From contig CP142732.1 of the NCBI GenBank assembly GCA_036630325.1, forward strand, positions 868,001 through 932,000: a DNA stretch of 64,000 bases. Reading direction: 5' to 3'. The DNA comes from Vairimorpha necatrix. Lineage: Eukaryota. A program made the translations under genes and the position numbers. The notes beneath the pieces are model-generated. The model made no database searches, had not been told where the DNA came from, and was given only the letters and a program-made list of their open reading frames with translations. Shown here piece by piece: positions 1 through 9,613 of the stretch (the first letter of the stretch is position 1; the number at the start of each line of letters is the position of its first letter).

Positions 1-132
1 AGTATAGATGCTTTTCAACTGATAATGTGTAAATATGATGATGTTGGTAATGCAAACCTTTTGTCTATTGACAAGCCTTTTTACATCTCATGTTCTTCTC
101 TTCTTAATTTCATGCTGATTTTTTTTCCTTAA
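1..132 (+). CDS. 3' end of an unidentified CDS running in from the left edge
   Basis: Frame 1 is open from base 1 to TAA at 130-132 (SIDAFQLIMCKYDD...NFMLIFFP*). No motif recognised. Confidence 0.4.
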   Translation, partial: SIDAFQLIMCKYDDVGNANLLSIDKPFYISCSSLLNFMLIFFP

Positions 133-207
133 ATATTTTTCAAAAATACTTTGTTTGTTCAAACCAACAAATTTATTTGCATAATTTTTACTCCTTCTTT
201 AGACATC

Positions 208-837
208 ATGAAGCAACAAAATATTTCTTCTAATGACAGTTCCGACCCTTTAGACAATGCCTACTGGGCCGGTAATTTTTTCTCCAAAAAAGAGCACAGT
301 TTTCTCTCTCGTATTCCTGATTCCTACATGTCTGATTCTTTTAATCTTATCGGGTTAAATAAGAAGATCTCTAATATTGAGTCATGTTACAATGCCATTT
401 TAGATATTTCAGAGAGTAAAGATTTTATGGGGGAGACTGTTCTTTATTATTTGGTACATCAGAGATATATTTACACTACTACAGGTCTAGAAGATATTTT
501 AGAGAGAGTATTAAATAAAGAATATGGGTCATGTAGTCGAGTAGGGTGTTCTACTCCACTTATTCCTATAGGATGTAGTAATGAGCCCAAAGTGTCTACT
601 ACTAAAGTTTATTGTTTTAATTGTGTGTGTCTTTATTCACCAAAAGGGCCTATTAAGGGACTTGATGGGTGCACATGGGGCAAATATTTCCCGCATTTTC
701 TTTTACTGACTTATCCTTACAAATTTAAGAAGAAGAAGTTACAGCAGTACATTCCCAAGATTTATGGATTTAAGATTTATGAGTGGACTAATGAGGAAAA
801 TGACTCAGTAGACGAAGATTCAGTGTGTGGGGAATAA
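208..837 (+). CDS. CKB1: Casein kinase II regulatory subunit beta
   Basis: Motifs DSFNLIGL, LYYLVHQRYIYT, the zinc-binding CSRVGC...YCFNC, LDGCTWG and YIPKIYGFKI. First ATG is at 208. Confidence 0.93.
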   Translation: MKQQNISSNDSSDPLDNAYWAGNFFSKKEHSFLSRIPDSYMSDSFNLIGLNKKISNIESCYNAILDISESKDFMGETVLYYLVHQRYIYTTTGLEDILERVLNKEYGSCSRVGCSTPLIPIGCSNEPKVSTTKVYCFNCVCLYSPKGPIKGLDGCTWGKYFPHFLLLTYPYKFKKKKLQQYIPKIYGFKIYEWTNEENDSVDEDSVCGE

Positions 838-996
838 ACCTTAATGATTAATAAACATAAATAAAAAATAAATATTTTTAGGGTATGCTTAGTGTAGTAT
901 ATACTTCTAATTGTTGGTAAGAATTAAAATATATTATGTCTTATTGTAATCTTTGTTACATTTTTTCTTTTTGTTTTTATTTTGTAAATAATAAAA

Positions 997-1254
997 ATGA
1001 AACAACAGTTAGTTTTACAAAAAACATCTAGTAAAATTAAAAGTGTAGTCCTCGATTTATCTGAGAAAGTAAACCAGCAGGAACTCATTCTTGAAAGTTT
1101 AGACAATGAAACAAAGAAGAATTCTTCTCTGATGATTAAGAATCTGCATAATTTTGAGAAATTACTAGTTGACATGAATAAAGATCCCAGGAACAAGATA
1201 ATATTATTTCTTATAGTAATAATATTTATATTAAGCATTTATTTATACAATTAA
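997..1254 (+). CDS. Small Qc-type SNARE (Bet1/Sft1/Tlg1-like)
   Basis: Heptad coiled coil with a central Q (VNQQELILESLD) and a C-terminal TM anchor (IILFLIVIIFILSIYL). Confidence 0.7.
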   Translation: MKQQLVLQKTSSKIKSVVLDLSEKVNQQELILESLDNETKKNSSLMIKNLHNFEKLLVDMNKDPRNKIILFLIVIIFILSIYLYN

Positions 1255-1262
1255 ACAAATTT

Positions 1263-1357
1263 GAAATAAATTATAAATTTACTCAATTTCATAATAAATC
1301 TTACTCAATTTCATATAGTAAACTTACTTATTTATGCAGCATAAAGTAAACTTACAT
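1263..1357. repeat. Short degenerate tandem repeat (TTACTCAATTTCATA / AAACTTAC units)
   Basis: Repeated units visible between the convergent SNARE and UFD1 genes. Confidence 0.5.
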
Positions 1358-1486
1358 TTTAATTTTGCATAAACAAATATAATGTATTTATTTATCATAA
1401 TTGGGGATCAAAAATATAAGAATATATAACATATAATAATAAAAATATAAATATTTTTTTTTAATTTTTAAAATAAGTCTTTTATT

Positions 1487-2170
1487 TTACAAATTAGTGT
1501 CAAATGATAGGCCTAGTTTCTTCATTCCTATTATTTTTATATCATCTACTGTCTTCTTTATCTCCAAATATTTATTCACTGTCTTCTCATCTTCAAGTTT
1601 CTCTTGGTACCCAAGTGGCTCACAGAAGTCCACTGACAAATCAGTGTCCACTGTATAAATCACTTGAGAATAACTTGGCTCAATTTCTGTTACCGTAAAT
1701 TTTATTAATCCAATTTCTGAAAAGAGGCATTCAATCTCGTCATTCCGGCCCAAGGTCGGATAAAATTTCAAGACATTTTCCAGTTCTAATTTCGGATTTT
1801 CTACTTCTAAGAAATTCGGAGAATGGGGGAGTAACTTGAGATGGGTCCCGTGTTCTATAATTTTATAACTCAGTTTTATTTCCTCCCCGTCTTGGAGACC
1901 AAGTTGGTTGTGGATCCACCTGGGGATGAAAACTGAATCTTCTTCTGCTGTGAATTCTAAGACGCCACAGTGAGTAGATTTAGACTTGTCTGTTCTTTCT
2001 ATTTGGAAAGTGTAAGGTGGCTGGATTTGTAAGACTACGAAGTCTTCTAAAACTGATTGTGGTAGAAATACTTTACCTCCGTAATTATTTGGATCTTCTT
2101 CTTGGAATTTATAAGATTTGAGTTTCCATGTTGGATTTTCAGACCATCTTCCGAATAAATTAAAGAACAT
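1487..2170 (-). CDS. UFD1: Ubiquitin fusion degradation protein 1
   Basis: NYGGKVFLPQSVL, THCGVLEFTAEE, NPKLELENVL and DTDLSVDFCEPLGY. CCCC precedes the ATG. Confidence 0.95.
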   Translation of the reverse strand: MFFNLFGRWSENPTWKLKSYKFQEEDPNNYGGKVFLPQSVLEDFVVLQIQPPYTFQIERTDKSKSTHCGVLEFTAEEDSVFIPRWIHNQLGLQDGEEIKLSYKIIEHGTHLKLLPHSPNFLEVENPKLELENVLKFYPTLGRNDEIECLFSEIGLIKFTVTEIEPSYSQVIYTVDTDLSVDFCEPLGYQEKLEDEKTVNKYLEIKKTVDDIKIIGMKKLGLSFDTNL

Positions 2171-2609
2171 AAAAAGGGGTATAAAAAGACAATAAGAATG
2201 TATTAAACAAGCGTATGATTTCCCACTTTAAAAACAAGAGTAAGAATTTACATGCTACTTTCTTATTTATTCATGGAGAGATTATTTGTAATCGAAACTT
2301 AGATGCATAATTCAAAATATTTTGTAAAATCCAATGCAATAACTCTAGACAGTCAATTTCCACTTTACACACCCTCTTAAATAAACATCAATTTCTAAAA
2401 AATACCCCCCCCCTTTTAGAAAATCAAAATGGAATCAAAATGAGGAGAAAAAAAAAATTAAAAAAAGTACTTAAAAATAGTTGTAATTTGACCAATATAT
2501 GGAAAACATAATAATAAAACAAATTTGAAAATTAATTTTAAATTGTGTAAAATAGATCTCTAAATACATATAAATATCTTTTTTAAAGCTATTATTGGGT
2601 TTATTTTCT

Positions 2610-2788
2610 TCAATTTACGTCCACTGCCGCGCACTCTGTCTGGTCGCACCCCCTTCTAGCTACCTCTACTACGTTCATAGTGCCAGATCCTCCTTCGCCG
2701 AGTCCTTGCCGCTGTTCAAAGGAGATGCTTTCTAGTGTATTTTTTATCTTTTCATTTGGATGTAAGCTTCGGTACCAGTCGATAGGCC
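2610..2788 (-). mobile_element. 5'-truncated, frameshifted 3' end of an RLE-type non-LTR retrotransposon ORF
   Basis: Minus strand reads GLSTGTEAYIQ, then after a 1-nt shift KNTLESISFEQRQGL...*. This matches the recalled C-terminus of microsporidian RT-RLE proteins (EAYIQSIVLKKTLESISFDRRRG). Locally GC-rich. Confidence 0.65.
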
Positions 2789-3091
2789 GATAGTATTGAT
2801 ATAATGTTAAATGTCTAATAAAATTTATTTATTTTCTTATGTCATTATAATTAGATTATAATAGTGTTTTAATCATTTTTATATTGTTTAAGCAGATTTT
2901 AGGCTTTTATAATCATTTTTACACTGTATAAAAAATTAGTGTAATTTATTTGATTTATAGACAAAAAATACGTAAAATTTCATATTTATACTCTTGCAAA
3001 CATTCAAATATTATATATTAGATCAAAATTGCAAACTATAGATAAAAACTGCTATACATTAATTTCATTTATGAATATATGTTTATATTTA

Positions 3092-3319
3092 TTAATTACT
3101 CGAGAGCGAATAGTAACTAATTTGTACCACGAGCATATAAAAGAGCTCCGATTAGAACCCAGAATGGAAGCATATATACAGACGAGAGTCCCTCAAATGA
3201 CTTTGGAGAGCCTAACTATGTCAATCAGACATGGGCTTAATACTGCACAGGAAGGGGTAATTGAGAGCCCAATATGTGAATTTCAGAAGGAACTCCTGGA
3301 ACAGTCAGAAAAGATGTGA
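3092..3319 (+). mobile_element. Second 5'-truncated 3' end of an RLE-type non-LTR retrotransposon ORF
   Basis: ITRERIVTNLYHEHIKELRLEPRMEAYIQTRVPQMTLESLTMSIRHGL shares EAYIQ...TLES...GL with the 2610-2788 copy. Confidence 0.65.
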
Positions 3320-3373
3320 GTGCATCTCTAAAGAAGTAATTAGTAAGTAAGATATTATACCCAAATACGGCGT

Positions 3374-3480
3374 TTTTATTTGTTATTTTTGTTTCTTCCT
3401 CAACATTTTCTCTGCTCCATTTTTTAAAAAGGGGGAGAAAGAAATATATCGAAATTTTACTGCTAAAGTTGATATTGGCC
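3374..3480 (-). mobile_element. Solo terminal fragment related to the Merlin element TIR
   Basis: The reverse complement CCCCCTTTTTAAAAAATGGAGCAGAGAAAATGTTGAGGAAGAAACAAAAATAACAA aligns with 8222-8273. It begins GGCCAATATCAACTTTAG, similar to GGCTAAAAACTACTATAG at the 9093 end. Confidence 0.55.
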
Positions 3481-3766
3481 TGTTGTTTTATTTTGATTTT
3501 TCTCCTTTTCGTTCTGTCCGCTTCGAATTACGAAAATCAAGGATGTTTTTTTAAAAATTCGAATTTGATTATAGGGGTGTAAAGTGAAAATGCTCTAAAT
3601 AAATGATTAACAGTATAAATTAAGATTACATATTTAATATTGTATATATTTATATATTAGAATATATGTATTTAATATACATAAATACATTTACTGTTTC
3701 AGCAATCAAATCAGTTCTTCCTTATAGTTGCTTTTTATTTTTAAATAAGCCCCCTTATCTTTGAAA

Positions 3767-4324
3767 ATGGAAGAGGGTTTCTTCGTAGACACAGAAAACA
3801 TAAAACAATTAAAAAAACAAAAAATAGAAGATTTACCATACGACGACGCTCTAAAATGCAAATACTGCGACTCGCCATTCATAGACTCCGAATTGTACAC
3901 CACATTTAATATAAATTCATGTAAAGATTGTAAATATAAAAACATAAAATTTATTACTAAAACATCAGTCTTTAAAGATTATTTATTATCAGAATACGAT
4001 ATAAGAAATATAAAATATATTTCTAGACCAAATCCGCATAAAGGAAATTGGCATGATATGCTGCTTTATTTAGAAGAAGAAATAAAAAATATTAGCATAA
4101 ACAAATATGGGAGTGAAGAAGAAATAGAAAAAAATAAAAACAAGAAAAAAGAAATAATAAAAAACAGGAAAATAAAGAAATTGAAAATGAGAGTAAGAGA
4201 GTTGAAGAGGAAAACAATTGTACAAGAAATTAGGAAGGAGATTCATGAACATAAATTTGAAGGAAGCGGAATCAAGAAAAAGTGTCAAATATGTGGACTA
4301 GAAATAGAACAAGAAATAATATAG
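3767..4324 (+). CDS. RAD14: DNA repair protein XPA/Rad14
   Basis: C4 zinc finger CKYC...CKDC, FITKT...DYLL, RPNPHKGNWHDMLLYL and C-terminal HEHKF...CQICGLE. Confidence 0.95.
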   Translation: MEEGFFVDTENIKQLKKQKIEDLPYDDALKCKYCDSPFIDSELYTTFNINSCKDCKYKNIKFITKTSVFKDYLLSEYDIRNIKYISRPNPHKGNWHDMLLYLEEEIKNISINKYGSEEEIEKNKNKKKEIIKNRKIKKLKMRVRELKRKTIVQEIRKEIHEHKFEGSGIKKKCQICGLEIEQEII

Positions 4325-4849
4325 AAAAAAAGAGAGAGAAAGAAATGTGTATACTTCTATGCGCAAGTTAAGGGCATTGGAATGAAAACATGGGTTTATT
4401 TATTATTAAAGAAAGGAAGAGGCATGTCAAATATATCACCACGACGACACGAGAGAAATTATTACAAAGGGTATGATTTAATATTAGTACATAAAATTAA
4501 GAAAAAAATAACTTGAAATCGCCGACAAAAGAAGTATTTCAAGGAAAGTGTTTATGGTGAAACGTTATTAAGATTTCTTTAATATTATTATTTTATTATT
4601 GGCTTGTGCAACTCATATAATTATATGAGAGTGGAAAACGGAAGAGGACCAACAATGTCGCACAATAAAGATAAAACCAAATATAACGTGTGTCAAGTTA
4701 TATAATAAAAAAAATATATGCCTAGTAATGTAGATCAAAATATAATAAATGTAACATGCGTTAAGTAGCGTAATAAAAAATATAGAAATTAATTATATAG
4801 ATTATGGAATTGAATACAAAAAACTTCAAATTTTTAGTAGCTTCTCATT

Positions 4850-7542
4850 TTTTCACTGTTTTTTCGTTTTTTTGTATGACTCTTACTTCTTTCTTTAATA
4901 TAACAACAAAAAACTTTTAATATGATAATTACTATTTGTACAAATATGCCACCCACAGCGGCAAACAAATGCCTAAATACCTTGGAAAAATTCTAAAGTT
5001 TCTTAATAAAATTTTTAATTGACTTAATAGTTTTCTATACATCCTTAGAAATATTTCCATCTTGGTTTAAAAATTTTCCTTACTTCAATTCGGCATCATT
5101 GTTGGGTCTTTTTCCATCATTTTTTCCATATTTTCTTTTTTTGAATCATTTTTTTTCATAATTTCTTTTTTTCCATGCTGCCTTTTTCTTATTCATCTTT
5201 CTTCATGTTTTTTTTTTGTTAACTTCTCTCCTAGTATTTCGCGTTATTCATCGATTTATCGGTGCTATTAAATATTTTCATTTATAGCATCTGGTAATTT
5301 TTTTCTTTTTTCTTTACTTCCCTTTTCCCCGTTCAATACATACCAGAGCTTAAATCCGGTCCCGTTTTGACAGCATCTCCTACTTTTAAAACTTTGTCGA
5401 CGGTCTTCGCAACTTAATTATTTGATTTTTTTCACAGCATTCTTTGCGGCTTCAGCGCCAACATCAGCAGCAATGTCTTCTAATTTATCTATAGCCGCGC
5501 CTGGATGGTCTCCATCTTTTATATTAATTTTGTAAAAAGCCTTCGCCCTTAGATTTAGGTTGATTATTCGTATTTGCGCGACTAATATCGGAATTTAATC
5601 TTGCGTTGTAATTATTATTTCTTCTAAAATCATTTTTTTCAATGTACTTGTATCATTAAAATGATCACTGATTTTAGTTGTAGGTTTGTTTTCATCATGA
5701 AGGATTATATATAGTGCATTTTTTTTCATTTAATTCGGAATAGATTAGATGTACTGGTTTTATGTCGTCTTTTGATGTTTCATGTGTAGAATTGCCTTTG
5801 GTTAATAATTTACTTGTACTAAACTCGTACATTGTAGTATTGTTTAATGTAGTTGAGCCTTCTGTAGAATTCTTAATGTTAGGATTTTTTCTTACCATAG
5901 TAGCGTCGGTTATATTGGTCTTGGTAGTTGAAACATCCCTTATTGTAGCAGTCTTAACATTCTCATTGTAGCTTTTAGTTATTTCGTCAGATACATTAGT
6001 CTCGGCAGTTGAAACGTCTCTTACCTTAGTAGCGTCAGTTATATTGGGCTTAATGCTGAAATTATCTCGTAATGTAGTTGAGGCTTCTATAGAAGTCTCA
6101 AGATTCAAATTATCTTTTGATGTAGGTCCGTCATTTAAAGGGGCCCCAGTGCACAAATTGTCTCCTACTTAAGCAGAGCCATCTAGATTCGTTGTAGTCG
6201 TGGAAGAAGCGTCTAATGTTTTGTTTTTTTTGTTCGTCGTTTTGTAAAAAATTTGTTCCTACGTTGTTGTTTTTCTCTGTTTCTTGTATATTTTCTGTAT
6301 AAACTACTTTTCGTCTTGTTCTACGTATTATTTGATTCTTTAAAAAAAATTTCTTCTTATTCTTCGATTTTTGTTAATAAAATATATTTCGCGAGTGTTT
6401 CAGATTTTGTCTTATCAAATTTATCGTTATGCCAAACATAGTTTCATTCGTATTTTCATTAATATTTTCGCTACTTGATTTATAACTGTCACTATCTTTT
6501 TCTGTCTCATATTTGTCAAAATAGTAGTTTTGAGATTTTTCATCAATCCCAAAGCACGTCGGATTATCTTCGTTTTATAGTTCACCGTAAGTTATCAATT
6601 AAACTATCTTTTAGACTGTCTTTGTAATTATCATGTGGAAAATTATAGCTATAAATATCAGAATCTATTACATTTTCCTCATTAGTATTTGTTATATAAT
6701 TGCTGTTTGATTTAATAATACATAAAATTGATAATATCAGCACACTAGTATCATATAAATATATGTTTTTTCATAAAAATTTTCCTTATAACATTTCTGC
6801 TATCGCAAAATATTTTTCAGTTAAGTGTCAACAAAAGCGTCTAATTTCTTTAAAAGACGTTTACTTTTTGCTTCATTAAAGATACTTTTTATGTTATCAT
6901 CTTCCGTATATTTTAACTCAATATATTCATCAATATCTGACCATAAAAAATCAATTTCTAGTGGTATCATAAAAATTTTTATCAGTCAATTTGTTAATCA
7001 ATTCAAAACTATCATTTACCAAAACTTTGAGAGACGCGTAACATAAAAGTCGAATAATAAAATGATTCAAGATTACATATTTTATTTTTGATATTTTCAT
7101 AGAAACGCTGTCTGATTCTATCTACTTTTTAATTGTCTTCTAATATTTTATAAAAATAGATGAATTATCACGACTTTCTAGATATAATTTCGTATAAACA
7201 TAGTCAAAAAATTTGATTGTCGTCTGTTTAAGCACTTTTGTATCAATATTATTTAGTAATTGTTCGTTATTGTTGATATATCTACTGTGTGCATTTGCTT
7301 TAGGACTTAATTTTGAAGATTTATATGTACTTTTATTTTTGGAACTAATGTATCTTTATTGTTATTTAGTATAGTAATCTTATTAACATCAAAATTAAAT
7401 CCTATAAAAGTTTTCATTTTGAAATTCAACAGTTGGAAAAGAAAGATCCGTTTCTTCATTTTTGATCGTTTAAGTTGATTTTTGGACTAAAATGTTGCAG
7501 TAATATAGAAGATATTGTCAGTACAGTAGATGCTTTTATCAT
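4850..7542 (-). pseudogene. Large decayed lineage-specific gene, putatively secreted, with Thr-rich repeats
   Basis: CCCGC-ATG at 7542 starts MIKASTVLTISSILLQ. Coding-like fragments broken by stops and frameshifts run about 2.7 kb, including the 5695-6156 ORF with repeated NITDAT(K/M)VR and DVSTxxTN. The 3' boundary is approximate. Confidence 0.55.
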
Positions 7543-8177
7543 GCGGGAATTAAATAAAATCATTATATATCTTATAGTTTTAAATTTTCAATTAAATGCG
7601 TGTTTTTTAATATACACAGAAAAAATATTTAGTAGATGTACAATGAAATAAAATGCTTTAAAAAGTATTAAGTTGTTTTAATACAACTTTTTTAGAAAAT
7701 ATTTCTTATTCTTTTATGGAAAACTTTAGTAGTTTTGAAAATAAATTAATTTTTTATCTTTTAAGACCAAAATTTATGACTTGTAAAAACGTAAAATTAG
7801 GGACGAGACATCTCTATATTTAGTTTTTAAATTATAATATAGAGTTCAATATAAGCTTTTTAAACAATATGTAGTGGTCGATCTAAAAAATAAGAAAAAA
7901 GGAGATTAATTTTTAAAGTAAAGTTAAGACTTGCATTAGTAATATATTTCTGGGTTATATACTGTATAAAGCCCACTCAATGATCTTTTACTTTATTTTA
8001 ATTAACCCTAAAAATTAGGTGCAAAAAGGAGGGTCAAGCACTAATACTTGAATTACTTAGCTGTTTTGGTATTAAAAATACCAAAATCTTAATATTTGAA
8101 TAAAAAATTTTTTTTTGAACAATTTAATTTCCATTAAACTACATTTTATTAATATTTACACCATTTTTACAATTTTC

Positions 8178-9093
8178 GGCTAAAGGGAACAAGATAATAA
8201 TTTTTAAACTAGCGTTTTTTGCCTTTTTTAAAAATGAAGAAAAGAAATGTTGAGGAAAAAACAAAATTAACAAGTAGAATATTAGATTTAATCAGCAGCA
8301 TAGACTGAGGCTGAAGAATTGCTTTTAGCATATACCTAAACAAATATAGTTTTGCACTATTCATTGATCTGTTTCTATTAGATATAAATTTTTCAGAGAA
8401 CGCAGATTGCCGTTTATGGTATTGGTATGAACTCCCGTGATTGGGGTTCTAAAGTGTAATTAATGATTAATTATATGGTGTTAGTTAAATAAAGTACTTC
8501 AAGAATGATAGGCTCTTCACATATTGCCATGTATAATACTTTTTGTATTTACATATATTACTAAAAGTCTTTTAGAGTTTCTTTATCTCTTTTTTGATAT
8601 GTACTAGTATCATTTTGCGTTCCATAGTACGTTCGATCATTTTAAAACACCAAAATTCTTTTACTAACTTGCCTCGGTAGTTTTTATTTTTTCCAATCTT
8701 TGTCTCATCAATTTCTACTATTATATCCTCTCCGCCTATAATGTTTTTTCTTTAGTTTTTTATTGAGGATATAGATTTTTTCAAACAACCTAAAATTTGA
8801 TCAATACATTTACTTAGATATCCAAGAATCCACAGATTGTGTATTTATAATGATAATAAATGACCAAGATTAGAATTACCAGGAAATTATCATGCGAAAT
8901 AGGAATTGTCTTATTACTTTTCTAAGTACAAATCTTCACTTTACTTACTATATGCAATTTACCTTTACATTTTTCACTAAATTTATTTGTGATATCAATC
9001 CACCATAGGTAATTTTCAATTCTTTCCTTCATTTTTTTAAAAAGGGCAAAAAACTCTAGTTCCAAAAATTATTACCTATAGTAGTTTTTAGCC
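8178..9093 (-). mobile_element. Merlin (IS1595/ISXO2-like DDE) DNA transposon, transposase pseudogenised
   Basis: Minus strand encodes IIGGEDIIVEIDETKIGKNKNYRG...WCFKMIERT, M*RAY and NH...TGVHTNTINGN. Imperfect TIRs of about 75 bp start with GG (8178-8249 and 9017-9093). The flanks CAATTTTC and AAATTTTT resemble a decayed 8-bp TSD. Confidence 0.85.
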
Positions 9094-9613
9094 AAATTTT
9101 TTATAAAAAAATTGTTTAGGCTGTAAAATATATTTTGTAAGTATTGTGCGGGAATTCCTCTTTTGACACTTGGTTTCCCATGAAAGAGATTTTGTTTATA
9201 TATATTTCTACAATAAACGAATTATAAGAATTCATAAGCTTTTTAAATAAAAATTTAAAATTAGATTTTGTGTCTAAATTTATATTTAAAATCATTAATG
9301 ATATCATAAGTGCTTTGTAATTATTGACCTTTTTTGCATTTTACTTTTAAGGTAAAATCTTTAAGTTACACTCTCTGTAGTTTGGTGCCTTGGCTTTAAA
9401 ATTTCCTTAAGAAGTAAAGTGAGTTTATTTCAGTTTACATCCAAATAGTATGCAATGATATTCATTGAATATTATTTTTCATATAAAATTTTTGAAAAAA
9501 TAATATAATTTTTTTTTTATTTTTAAAATATCTTGTGGTCTAAAAATATTTGAGACATTTTTATTATTAACATTTTATTTTAAATAAATTTATATACCTC
9601 TGTATCATATTAT

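Noticed and set aside
891-900. AGTGTAGTAT, like the U2 snRNA branch-point recognition sequence
   Set aside because: Flanks lack the U2 context (AAGATCA upstream, CTGTTC stem IIa downstream) and no Sm site is evident.
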